A DNA stretch of 64,000 bases from assembly GCA_016839555.1 (NCBI GenBank), contig JAEOUA010000001.1:80554-144553 (forward strand), given 5' to 3'. A program made the position numbers and the translations under genes. Shown in pieces: positions 18,467 through 28,134 of this stretch (the first letter of the stretch is position 1; each line of letters begins with the position of its first letter). The notes beneath the pieces are model-generated. The model saw only the letters and a list, made by a program, of their open reading frames with translations. It made no database searches and had not been told where the DNA came from. This stretch comes from Promethearchaeota archaeon. GTDB taxonomy: Archaea; Asgardarchaeota; Lokiarchaeia; Sigyniarchaeales; SOKP01.

Positions 18467-19801
18467 ATGACTGAAAATATTATTGAAGTTAACAATTTAA
18501 CTAAAATCTATGATGAAGGAGACGTACTCGCAGTTGATGATATAAGTTTGAATCTCAAAAAAGGAGAGATTTTTGCACTGTTAGGTCCCAATGGTGCCGG
18601 AAAAACAACCACTATTTCTATGCTTGCAACATTATTAAAGCCAACAAAAGGAACAGCTATAGTGAATTCTTATAATATTGAAGAGGAACCTGATAAGGTC
18701 AGAAAAAGTATCGGTGTTGTTTTTCAAGAACCTTCTCTTGACGGCGACATGAAAGGGTGGGAGAATTTAGAACTTCATGCTATTTTGTATGGGATGTCTA
18801 AAAGTGAAAGAAGACAAAAAATAAAAGAAGTGTTAAAACTTGTTGATTTGGATGATAAGGCGGAAATGTATGCAAAGAATTATTCTGGTGGAATGAAACG
18901 TCGATTAGAGATTGCAAGGGGATTAATTCACAATCCTCAAGTCTTATTTTTAGATGAACCCACCTTAGGGTTAGATCCACAAACCAGGCGTAAAATCTGG
19001 GAAAAAATCAAGGAACTGAATGAAAGGCTTAATATGACGATCTTAATTACGACCCATTATATGGAGGAAGCTGATGTGCTTGCCGATAGAATATGTATTA
19101 TGGATCATGGCAAAATTATTGCCTTGGATACTTCGGAGAATTTGAAACATAAATTATCGGGAGATATCATAGAGATTGCTTTAGATGAAATTAAAGATTT
19201 TTCCATCATCCATCGGATGATTTCAGAATTGAAAAAAATTACTGGGATAAAAGATGTGAAATTTGGGGCTAAAGGCGAAGGAGGTATGGAAGACTTTGAC
19301 TTTAAAATGCCTCAAGGCATGAAAGGTGTTAACCCTCAAATGATACAGCTAAGAATGCAAGAAATAATGTCTGATCCTAAAAAATTTGTAAGAGCTACTA
19401 AGAAATTTCCTATGGCTAATAATTTCTTTTCGAGAGCACCACTTCATGCTAAAGAGCGCATTGCGAATCTTTTTAAAGACAATACGGAATTATTAAACGA
19501 ATTACCTAAGAATATGAAAGAAACGATTTTAAAAATACACTCAGGTGAATATAAAGAAGAACAGAAAATGGGAGAACCTCTTTTGACAATTTCATGTGAA
19601 AATGGAGGGGAACAGCTCCCTGAGATTATTCAAAAAACTATTGCTTTTAATAATATAAAAATTAAATCAGTAGAGATGCATAATCCCACTTTAGAAGATG
19701 TTTTCTTGTTTTACACTGGTAGAGAAATTCGGGAGGAATCTTCCAATAGAGTTAATGGAGTTAAAAAATTAATACAAATGAGACAGTTGAGGCGAGAATA
19801 G
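18467..19801 (+). CDS. ABC transporter ATP-binding protein (ABC-2/DrrA-like) with a ~100-aa insertion in the C-terminal domain
   Basis: Walker A GPNGAGKTT, signature YSGGMKRRLEIA, Walker B LFLDEPTLGLD, and a C-terminal PTLEDVFLFYTG. The TAG stop overlaps the GTG start of the permease gene. Confidence 0.9.
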   Translation: MTENIIEVNNLTKIYDEGDVLAVDDISLNLKKGEIFALLGPNGAGKTTTISMLATLLKPTKGTAIVNSYNIEEEPDKVRKSIGVVFQEPSLDGDMKGWENLELHAILYGMSKSERRQKIKEVLKLVDLDDKAEMYAKNYSGGMKRRLEIARGLIHNPQVLFLDEPTLGLDPQTRRKIWEKIKELNERLNMTILITTHYMEEADVLADRICIMDHGKIIALDTSENLKHKLSGDIIEIALDEIKDFSIIHRMISELKKITGIKDVKFGAKGEGGMEDFDFKMPQGMKGVNPQMIQLRMQEIMSDPKKFVRATKKFPMANNFFSRAPLHAKERIANLFKDNTELLNELPKNMKETILKIHSGEYKEEQKMGEPLLTISCENGGEQLPEIIQKTIAFNNIKIKSVEMHNPTLEDVFLFYTGREIREESSNRVNGVKKLIQMRQLRRE

Positions 19802-20613
19802 TGAGTAGAACAGTAAGTAGTTTTGTAAAAATTGAAGGAAAAATGAGATGGGAAGCCATTTGGATATTATCTAAACGAGAATTATTAGCGTTTGCAAGAA
19901 ATAAAACTAGAATTATTACATCCATCGCTCAAGGACTATTATTCTTATTTATATTTAGTGGGGGCTTTTTTTCATTGGATATTGAAATAGAAGGAGTGTC
20001 AATAACTCCAACAGCCTTTGTTGCAACTGGAATAATAGCGATGGCAATCTTATTTAGCGGAGTGTTCGGTGGATTAGGAATTATTCGAGATCGGATGTTT
20101 GGGTTTATGCGAGAACTTCTTGTGTCGCCTATAAGTCGGAGAACTCTGATGACGGGTAAAACTCTAGGTGTAGCTTTACAAAGCTTGGTACAATGTTTAG
20201 TAATGGCTGTTATTAGTATCTCAATGGGATTTTTTGGGTATGATCTCAGTTTAATTTGGAGAACACTTCTCTTAATGCCTGTCGCATTACTCTTTAGTAT
20301 GGGAGTTGTAGGTATTGGATTAACCATCAGCACTCGCTTAACAGATTTTCAGAGCTTTGGTCTAATTCAAACTTTTTTAATTATGCCTATGTTCTGGCTC
20401 TCAGGTGCGCTGTTTGCGTTTAATAATGTTCCAACAGTTATGCAGGTACTAATGATGATAAATCCCATTTCTTATGGAGTTGATATCTTTAGATTTATAA
20501 TTTTGGGAGTTTCATTCTTTCCGTTCTGGTTGGATTTATTAGTTCTTGTACTATTTGGTGCTATATTAATAGTAATCGGAGCCAAAAGTTTTTCAAAAAT
20601 GGAGATTTCATAA
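19801..20613 (+). CDS. ABC-2 type transporter permease
   Basis: Six hydrophobic segments. Translationally coupled to the ATPase gene. Confidence 0.8.
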   Translation: MSRTVSSFVKIEGKMRWEAIWILSKRELLAFARNKTRIITSIAQGLLFLFIFSGGFFSLDIEIEGVSITPTAFVATGIIAMAILFSGVFGGLGIIRDRMFGFMRELLVSPISRRTLMTGKTLGVALQSLVQCLVMAVISISMGFFGYDLSLIWRTLLLMPVALLFSMGVVGIGLTISTRLTDFQSFGLIQTFLIMPMFWLSGALFAFNNVPTVMQVLMMINPISYGVDIFRFIILGVSFFPFWLDLLVLVLFGAILIVIGAKSFSKMEIS

Positions 20614-20843
20614 GCTAACTTTAAGAATAAGTTAAAACTTTTTTTCATTTTCTTTATTTTGATAGCTCTTATCTTTATATAAATTTTTGAATTTTTTATT
20701 CTATTATAATATCATATAAGCCGAAATTAGTATATACCTTAGTACTATGTTATATGAATAAATTATGTGAATCTATTTCATTTTCTGGCTTTCAGATGAA
20801 GATTTTGAATTAATTTATTTAAATTCATTTATTTATATTATTA

Positions 20844-22811
20844 ATGGACTTAAGAAAGAATAGACCGATAATAATAGATTTTGAGCCAATATCTCGAAGA
20901 ATTACTCTCACATCTCTGAAAAAGACATTATATGAAATATTGACAGATCTTAATATTAAAATTAGATCCGAATGTGGGGGTAAAGGAACGTGCGGAAATT
21001 GTAGGATTAAGATACAAGAGGGTCAAAAATTTTTTCAAGCTCCCACATCTGCTGAAGAAACTTTATTAAATGAGAAGCAACTCAGAGATGGATGGCGTTT
21101 AGCCTGTCAAACAACTATAAATAACGCAATGGAAGAAAAACTTCTTCAGAACACCCCTCCTCAAATCAAAATATTTCTTCCTGAAGATACTTTAGTTGAG
21201 GATTTTAAAATTCTTACCTCTGGCGCAGCAAAAGAGGTAGAACTAAATCCCTCAGTAAAGAAAGTTTTTTTAAAGGTAAAAAAGCCAACATTAGAAAAGC
21301 CTGTTCCTGATGTAGAGAGGCTGATGGAGGAACTTTTCCAGATTAGAAACGATTTAACTTATCCAATCCAGATTGAATATGATTTATTAAAAGAATTACC
21401 TCATTTATTAAGGACAAATAATTCTGAAATAACTTTAACTATTTGGAACGACGAAAAGATCATAGATTTAGAGCCCAATAATAAGGTTTCAAATAATTTT
21501 GGAATTGCGTTTGATATAGGGACAACCACAATAGTTGGGTATTTGATTAATTTAAATAATCATAAAATCTATTCTGTCCATTCGAAATTAAACCCTCAAA
21601 CGGCCTATGGAGAAGATCTTATCACTAGAATCACGTATATAAAAACCCATAAAGATGGTCTTCAAAAACTTCAGAATTTAGTCTTAGAGGCTCTAAATGA
21701 AATAATTAAGAAAACATGTGATGAGTCGAAAATTGATTCTTCTCAATTATATGAAGCAACTATTGTGGGCAATTCTGTAATGCATCATATTTTTTTAGGA
21801 TTAGACCCTGTGAATATTGGGTTAAGTCCTTATGTACCTATTGTCCAACAAGGATTAAATATAGAGTCTAGAAATGTGAATTTAGATATTGCTAAGCATG
21901 GAAATATTTATACTCTTCCTTTAATCGCGGGATTTGTTGGTGCAGACACGATGGGTGTTATTCTCTCTTCTGAAATTTATAAAGAAGATAAATTATCATT
22001 GGCAATTGATATAGGCACTAATGGAGAAATTATTGTGGGCAATAAGGAATTATTAATTACAGGGAGTTGTGCGGCAGGTTCTGCTTTAGAAGGCGCTCAT
22101 ATAAAATATGGAATGAGAGCTGCTGGAGGCTCAATTGATTCTGTAAAAATTAATAAAAAAACTTTAAAACCAACTTATACTACAATTAAAAGAAAAAAGC
22201 CAATTGGTATATGTGGTTCAGGATTAATAGATGCTGTTGCTGAAATGTTGAGAGTAAAAATCTTAACCAGGAGTGGAAATTTCAATAAAGACCTTCTAGA
22301 CCATGAAAGAATCATCATAAAAGATAAAAATAAAGAATTCATTCTTGCGTTTGAAGATGAAACTTTTTTAGATACTCCAATCACTCTATCTCTTGATGAT
22401 ATACGTCAGATTCAAATGGCTAAAGCTGCTTTTTATTCTGGAATGCGTATAATTCTTGATCATCTCAAAACTTCATTTGATAGAGATTTTGATATTGAGC
22501 AAATATTTTTAGCCGGTGCGTTTGGAAATTATATCGATAAAGAAAATGCACGCTTCATAGGAATGATTCCAGATATTAAATCTGAAAAAATTTATCAAAT
22601 TGGAAATGCTGCTGGGATTGGAGCACAATATTGTTTACTTAATAAAGAATTTAGAAAAAAAGCGAAAGATCTTTTACGGGATATTCAATATGTGGAAATT
22701 GCGGTCAAAAAGAGATTTCATAGAGAATATGCTGAAGCACTATATTTCCCCCATATGAATCTTGATTTCTTTCCAAGCTTAAAAATTTATAAAGAAATAC
22801 CTAAACGGTAG
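20844..22811 (+). CDS. RACo/RamA-like corrinoid activation protein (2Fe-2S ferredoxin + ASKHA/DUF4445 ATPase)
   Basis: N-terminal plant-type ferredoxin motif CGGKGTCGNC...LACQT. ASKHA phosphate motifs AFDIGTTTIVGY and AIDIGTNGEIIVG. 655 aa. Confidence 0.8.
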   Translation: MDLRKNRPIIIDFEPISRRITLTSLKKTLYEILTDLNIKIRSECGGKGTCGNCRIKIQEGQKFFQAPTSAEETLLNEKQLRDGWRLACQTTINNAMEEKLLQNTPPQIKIFLPEDTLVEDFKILTSGAAKEVELNPSVKKVFLKVKKPTLEKPVPDVERLMEELFQIRNDLTYPIQIEYDLLKELPHLLRTNNSEITLTIWNDEKIIDLEPNNKVSNNFGIAFDIGTTTIVGYLINLNNHKIYSVHSKLNPQTAYGEDLITRITYIKTHKDGLQKLQNLVLEALNEIIKKTCDESKIDSSQLYEATIVGNSVMHHIFLGLDPVNIGLSPYVPIVQQGLNIESRNVNLDIAKHGNIYTLPLIAGFVGADTMGVILSSEIYKEDKLSLAIDIGTNGEIIVGNKELLITGSCAAGSALEGAHIKYGMRAAGGSIDSVKINKKTLKPTYTTIKRKKPIGICGSGLIDAVAEMLRVKILTRSGNFNKDLLDHERIIIKDKNKEFILAFEDETFLDTPITLSLDDIRQIQMAKAAFYSGMRIILDHLKTSFDRDFDIEQIFLAGAFGNYIDKENARFIGMIPDIKSEKIYQIGNAAGIGAQYCLLNKEFRKKAKDLLRDIQYVEIAVKKRFHREYAEALYFPHMNLDFFPSLKIYKEIPKR

Positions 22812-22880
22812 GTAAATAAAAAATTAATATATTTTTATCAATATTAGTATGAAAGTAAAATTTAGATTTAATAAAGTTCT

Positions 22881-23657
22881 ATGCCGTCCCTAAAATTTAA
22901 TAATAAAACAATTTATTATTTAATTAATAGACCAACCAATTTCAAAAAAGATGATAAAGCAGTTATTTTTATTCATGGATCGGGGGAGCATTCATTTATT
23001 TGGCAGCAACAAATTGAGGAAATAGATTTTAATATCCCATTAATCGCTTTAGATCTACCCTCACATGGAAAATCATCCAAATTTGAGCAGCTCTCTTTAG
23101 ATTTATATGTAGAATCAATTAAAGAATTACAAAAGGAATTAAATATAGAAAAAGTAATTCTATGTGGGCATTCCTTAGGTGGTGCGATTGCTCAAACCTA
23201 TTATTTTAAATACCCAGAAGATGTCATTGGTTTAATTCTCATGTCAACTGGAGCAAAACTTCGAGTATTAAATGAAATTTTAAATAATACTAAAAATAAT
23301 TTTAACCAATATTTAAAACAAATACCAATAGGATCTTTTCATCGAAAAACTTTAAAAAAAGTCATCTCAGAATATGTAAAAGAAATAGCGAAAATTAACC
23401 CAATAGTAGTTCATAGAGACTTTCAAATATGTCATAATTTTAATGTAATGGATAAACTAGATTCTATTGAAGTTCCTTGTCTCATTATAGTTGGAAAAGC
23501 TGATATATTAACTCCCGTTAAATATCATAAATATTTTAATAAACATATCAGATATTCAGAATTGCATATTATTGAAAATGCGGGTCATTCTGTAATGATT
23601 GAAAAACCAGTTGAAGTTAATAAATTCATTGAGGAATTTCTCCAAAGGTTTGACTAG
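22881..23657 (+). CDS. Alpha/beta hydrolase
   Basis: FIHGSG, nucleophile elbow GHSLGG, and a C-terminal ENAGHS. Confidence 0.8.
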   Translation: MPSLKFNNKTIYYLINRPTNFKKDDKAVIFIHGSGEHSFIWQQQIEEIDFNIPLIALDLPSHGKSSKFEQLSLDLYVESIKELQKELNIEKVILCGHSLGGAIAQTYYFKYPEDVIGLILMSTGAKLRVLNEILNNTKNNFNQYLKQIPIGSFHRKTLKKVISEYVKEIAKINPIVVHRDFQICHNFNVMDKLDSIEVPCLIIVGKADILTPVKYHKYFNKHIRYSELHIIENAGHSVMIEKPVEVNKFIEEFLQRFD

Positions 23658-23678
23658 AATGGAAAAGAAAACAAGAGA

Positions 23679-24482
23679 ATGATGAGAGAATATACTTATG
23701 GACCATTTCAATCAAGGAGATTAGGGCTCTCATTAGGTATAAATATTTTACCCGAACATGTTGTTTGTACATATAATTGTGTATATTGTGAAATCGGTCC
23801 AAAATCCAGGGATAGTTTAGTTTCTCCTGAACATAGAGTAAAATTGCCAGTAAAATCGCGTTTTAGAAAGGAATTAATCTCAGTTTCAAAATTTTTTCCA
23901 CATCTTGATAGTATGAGTTTTTCTGGATACTTTGGTGAACCAACCTTAAATATGTATTTATTAGATTTCTTTAATATTGCGAAAGATGTAAGAAATAATA
24001 GAGAATGGAATGCGAAAAAGCCCAAATTGACCATTTTTACCAATTCCAGCACGTTATATAAAAAGAAGATACGAGATATTGTTGGAAGATTTGATTTAAT
24101 CTTAGCAAAATTAGATGTAGCAAGCGATGAAGAGTTTATAAGAACAAATCGTCCACATAAAGATGTTCCCTCAATTAGTGAAATAATTACTTCAATTCAA
24201 GAGCTAAGGAATGAAATGAATAGTAATAATAAATTAGCTATACAATGCTTAATCTATCAATCAAATAGAGAAAAGTTTGAATCAAATGATAATCCGAAAA
24301 ATATAGAAAATTTAGCTAACGCAATAAAAAAAATAAAGCCTCATTACGTTCAATTATATTCTATAGCTCGAATTCCGGCTGAATATTATGTGTTTGCTAT
24401 AGATAATGCAAGAAAGCAGGAAATTATTAATAAATTTAAAGAAATTATTAATGATAATTCGATCAAAATAGATTATTATTAA
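23679..24482 (+). CDS. Radical SAM protein (COG0731-like)
   Basis: N-terminus YGPFQSRRLGLSLGINILP followed by CTYNCVYC (Cx3Cx2C). Confidence 0.8.
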   Translation: MMREYTYGPFQSRRLGLSLGINILPEHVVCTYNCVYCEIGPKSRDSLVSPEHRVKLPVKSRFRKELISVSKFFPHLDSMSFSGYFGEPTLNMYLLDFFNIAKDVRNNREWNAKKPKLTIFTNSSTLYKKKIRDIVGRFDLILAKLDVASDEEFIRTNRPHKDVPSISEIITSIQELRNEMNSNNKLAIQCLIYQSNREKFESNDNPKNIENLANAIKKIKPHYVQLYSIARIPAEYYVFAIDNARKQEIINKFKEIINDNSIKIDYY

Positions 24483-24577
24483 TCATTAATTCTGAGTTTT
24501 AATAATTTTAATTTTATAAAAGCTACTATTTAAATTAACTTAAAATTGAAAATTCATATATAGCTGAAATTTATATC

Positions 24578-25594
24578 ATGATAGAAAAATATATAGCAGG
24601 TTCAGATGTAGGAGGGACGTGGATTCGAGTAGCACTTAGTCCTTTAACCCTAGAAAAAGATTCCATTCAAATCAAACAGGTTAAAACTAAAAAAGAAAAT
24701 AAATATTCTATTAGTTCGCAAATATGTCAAATATTATCTGAATTAATAGATGAATCCAATATTAAAAGACACCAACTATTGGGGTTTGGTTTAGCATCTG
24801 CTGGACCGTTAGATCTTAAAAAAGGTACATCATTTAATAGTCCAAACTTAGGTTTCAAAGAAGTACCCTTAAAAGAACCCATAGAAAAAGAATTTCCTGA
24901 TATCCCCTTTTACTTAATAAATGATTGTAATGCTGCTGTATTGGGTATTCATTATTTTGAAGCAACAGAAGAAGAAAAGGATAATTTAGTATATATTACG
25001 ATGTCGACTGGAATTGGGGGAGGTGTAATTTGTAATGGATATTTGGTTTTGGGAAAGGATGGAAATGCCGCAGAAATTGGACATAGTAAAGTTGCCCCAA
25101 AAAGTAATTACAAATGTGGTTGTGGAGCATATGGCTGCTGGGAGTCAATTAGCTCGGGCACCGCTGTTAGAAAACGAACATTAGATGCTTTAAAAAATTC
25201 CGAATCTAATGCGGAAATATTATTGGAATTAATTAATAATGATAAATCAAAAATTGGAGCAAAAGAAGTTTTCGAAGCAGCGCGAAAAGGAGATATATTA
25301 TCCCGTGAAATCATTGATGAATGTGTGTTTTATAATAAAGTAGGAGTTGGTTTGATAAATGATCATTTTGATTGTAAAGCCATCTATTTTGGAGGAGCAA
25401 TGATGAATGACCAAGATCTCCTCTTTGTTCCGTTACAAAAACAATTCCAAACAGAATCCATCGAATTTACAATAAATAAACCTCCAGAATTGAAAATTAC
25501 TCAATATAGGAGCGAGATTGGAATTATGGGCGCCTTGGCATTGGTGAAATATAAAGTAGAAAATAACTCGGTAGTGAGTACTTATAATTTTTAA
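24578..25594 (+). CDS. ROK-family sugar kinase/regulator-like protein (probable glucokinase)
   Basis: N-terminal ATP motif GSDVGGTWIRVAL, DCNAAVLG, and the ROK zinc motif CGCGAYGCWES. Confidence 0.85.
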   Translation: MIEKYIAGSDVGGTWIRVALSPLTLEKDSIQIKQVKTKKENKYSISSQICQILSELIDESNIKRHQLLGFGLASAGPLDLKKGTSFNSPNLGFKEVPLKEPIEKEFPDIPFYLINDCNAAVLGIHYFEATEEEKDNLVYITMSTGIGGGVICNGYLVLGKDGNAAEIGHSKVAPKSNYKCGCGAYGCWESISSGTAVRKRTLDALKNSESNAEILLELINNDKSKIGAKEVFEAARKGDILSREIIDECVFYNKVGVGLINDHFDCKAIYFGGAMMNDQDLLFVPLQKQFQTESIEFTINKPPELKITQYRSEIGIMGALALVKYKVENNSVVSTYNF

Positions 25595-25800
25595 ATAAAT
25601 GATTGTTTATTTCCACATCACTATTAATTATCGTAATTTACCTTAAATAAAAACCTTTTAATTATTTAATTTAAAAAAATCTTAAAAAAATAATTTGTTA
25701 CTTTTATAAGGAATATCACTATATTCTTTTTTGAGTAGATTTTAAATTTTAATACCATAAAAATTTGATATTTAAGATATAATTATATAGTAGATCTGAT

Positions 25801-26043
25801 ATGACTGAGATTAAACTTAAAATACCAAAAAATTTGCTTAAAAAAATGAAAAAACACCCGGAGATTAAATGGGAAACAATTGCTCAATCAGCTTTAGAAC
25901 GTTATATTGAAAAAATTGAAATTACTGAGAATCTTACATCAAGTAGCAAATTGACTATAGATGATATTAATGAAATAAGTAACGAAATCACTAAAAGAAG
26001 TTGGCAACGACATAAAGAATATCTTGAAAAATTAAAACAATGA
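25801..26043 (+). CDS. Putative antitoxin (ribbon-helix-helix-like)
   Basis: 80 aa. An N-terminal beta-strand-like IKLKIPK is followed by helices. ATGA overlap with the downstream PIN gene. Confidence 0.5.
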   Translation: MTEIKLKIPKNLLKKMKKHPEIKWETIAQSALERYIEKIEITENLTSSSKLTIDDINEISNEITKRSWQRHKEYLEKLKQ

Positions 26044-26504
26044 AGCTTATTATTGATACAAATGTATTAATCTCCGGCTTATTGAAAGATTCAATAACTA
26101 GAGAACTGCTTCTTAATGAATCATTTGAATTTTATTTTCCTGAAATCGTCATGCTTGAAGTAAAAAAATACCTTCCTTATATTATTCAAAAATCAGGGCT
26201 AACTGAGAAAGATATAAAAAAACTTCTAAATATTTTATTTGAGAATTTAAATTTAGTTCCTATTAATGAATATGAAATAAACATAGATAAAGCTTAGAAG
26301 ATTATGGGTAAAATCGATGAGAAGGATACCCCTTTCATAGCTCTTGCTTTATCAATTGAAAACGATGGTATATGGTTTAATGATAAACATTTTGATATGC
26401 AAAAGAAAATTAAAGTCTATAAAACTATTGATATCATTAATCTTTTAGAGAATAAAACTGATAAAGCACTTAGAAATTCTGATAAAAATCATGAAAATTA
26501 TTAA
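26040..26504 (+). pseudogene. PIN-domain toxin interrupted by a single in-frame TAG (26295-26297)
   Basis: Track ORFs 26040..26297 and 26304..26504 are in the same frame. The first has the PIN N-terminus KLIIDTNVLISGL. The second has the PIN C-terminus DEKDTPFIALAL...IWFNDKHF. Only one amber codon separates them. Confidence 0.65.
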
Positions 26505-26767
26505 AGCAAGGGAAAGTTTGAGTGAGGGAAATGATTTTTCTTAACTCAAGATCCTCCTCATTCCGAGCATCGGTCGGTTGGGTCAGATTGATCATCAAAA
26601 TCAAAATTTCCCTCTAATATTATAAAATTCTGTTCTAAATTAACTTGACTATCATTATTTTTAATAATAATTTTTTATTGCAAATTCCTTTTCACTTTCG
26701 CGAGATTATAATCAATGGAGTTCATGTTTGAGTTAATAAATGAAAATCAAATGTTTCACTATGTAAT

Positions 26768-27079
26768 TTAGTTTCGTTTTATCCCTTCTTGAATAGTTTT
26801 CCATATTACTTCAAGATTAACACCAAAATAACCATGTATTAATTTATCTCTAATAGCCGCCATCTCTTGCCATGGAATAGACTTGTTTTTATTTTTTATA
26901 CGAGGTGGAATCTTTTTTGCTGCTTCACCGATAATTTCAAAACATCGAACTACAGCATAATTGGTCTTATCATCAGAAAAAAATTTGTCATAACTCATAC
27001 CTTTTGTAAACTTTTTTATTTTTGTAATAGAATCAAGAATATCGTTAAGAAAATCAATGAATTCACGTTTAGAACTCAA
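26768..27079 (-). CDS. hepT: HepT (DUF86, HEPN) toxin
   Basis: Rx4HxY motif in IRDKLIHGYFGV. 103 aa. Immediately downstream of the nucleotidyltransferase gene. Confidence 0.8.
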   Translation of the reverse strand: MSSKREFIDFLNDILDSITKIKKFTKGMSYDKFFSDDKTNYAVVRCFEIIGEAAKKIPPRIKNKNKSIPWQEMAAIRDKLIHGYFGVNLEVIWKTIQEGIKRN

Positions 27080-27105
27080 ATCTCTACAACCTCGCTTAAA
27101 ATATG

Positions 27106-27420
27106 CTAACTTATCTCAGGTCTTAATGCATCTTTCATCACTAAGTCTACTTTAAGATTAAGGACGTCACTAAGATATTTTTCAAGGCGAATAAATTGAA
27201 ATAATGTTGGGGTTTCATTAAAACTCACTAGAATATCTAAATCACTGCCCTGTTTTTCTTCGCCTTTAATATAAGAGCCGAAAATCCCAAAATATTGAAT
27301 GTGATACCTTTTCCTTAAAGAAGGTAATTCCTTTTCTAAAATTTCTATAATATTTTGAAGAGAAGGTGGTTTATTTAATTGCTCTTCCATCTTTTTAAGA
27401 GTTTGTTTATTAAATTCCAC
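27106..27420 (-). CDS. mntA: MntA-type minimal nucleotidyltransferase antitoxin
   Basis: GIFGSYIKGEEKQGSDLDILV matches the GSx10-DxD nucleotidyltransferase motif. 104 aa with a GTG start. Confidence 0.85.
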   Translation of the reverse strand: MEFNKQTLKKMEEQLNKPPSLQNIIEILEKELPSLRKRYHIQYFGIFGSYIKGEEKQGSDLDILVSFNETPTLFQFIRLEKYLSDVLNLKVDLVMKDALRPEIS

Positions 27421-27725
27421 TTGGGAGGATCTATACTATTAAAGAATAATTTTGCGTAATTTATAATATTTTAATGTTTAAATAAATTTTTAGGTAAATG
27501 GCAGCTAAGGTTTTAAGTATAGGAAAAATTAAGCAAATTAATTTTTAGTTTTTTCCCTTATCAAATTGTTTTTTCTCGATTAAAAGATTGAGAATTAATC
27601 AGATAATATTAGAATTATCAAAAATTTTATTTTGGATAATATATATTTTATAATATTAAAATATTAAGAGAAAAATATTATTTTAGTTATACATTCCTAA
27701 AACATCCAAATATACGGTATAAAAA

Positions 27726-27899
27726 ATGAAATGTGAATGTCCTGCCTGTTATTTTGTATTTGAAATGGATGATGACACAATAGTGGGAGAGGTAGTACCT
27801 TGTCCCGATTGTGGAGTCGATCTTGAAGTTATGGAAATTGAAAATGGAAAGGTAACAGCTCAAATAGCAGAAATTGCGGAAGAGGATTGGGGAGAATAA
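27726..27899 (+). CDS. lysW: LysW/ArgW amino-group carrier protein (57 aa; not in the supplied ORF track)
   Basis: My own translation is MKCECPACYFVFEMDDDTIVGEVVPCPDCGVDLEVMEIENGKVTAQIAEIAEEDWGE*. It has the CPxC...CPDC zinc ribbon and the diagnostic C-terminal EDWGE tail of LysW. Confidence 0.8.
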   Translation: MKCECPACYFVFEMDDDTIVGEVVPCPDCGVDLEVMEIENGKVTAQIAEIAEEDWGE

Positions 27900-28134
27900 C
27901 TTTCAAAACCTTAATTTTTAGATAAAAATATTCTAAGCTTGAAACTTTCCTAATTTCTTCTAAATTTTATTCTTTTTTGCAAGATAAATATAAATATTAT
28001 AATATTTGAATTTTCTAATTTTAAATTATTGAAAAAATTCTTTTAGATTTGAAATATAAAAAATTAGGTATTGAGTTTTTATGTAATTCTTTATTATTTT
28101 AAAAAGATAAAGATAACTAAAGGAAGAAACAAAA

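Noticed and set aside
26295-26297. The in-frame TAG in the PIN gene could be read as pyrrolysine. A RamA/RACo-like corrinoid activase lies nearby at 20844, and some Asgard genomes encode Pyl machinery.
   Set aside because: TAG is used as an ordinary terminator by at least three confident genes in this window (19799-19801, 22809-22811, 23655-23657). No pyl genes or methylamine methyltransferases are present, and a TA toxin is a classic target for nonsense inactivation.
26550-26593. A GC-rich ~44-nt patch in the TA islet spacer, considered as a possible tRNA or small RNA.
   Set aside because: It has no T-loop (GTTCRAATC-like) or D-loop features, only a 4-bp hairpin (CCGA-GCA-TCGG), and it is too short for a tRNA. 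It is kept only as a compositional oddity in the TA-islet finding.
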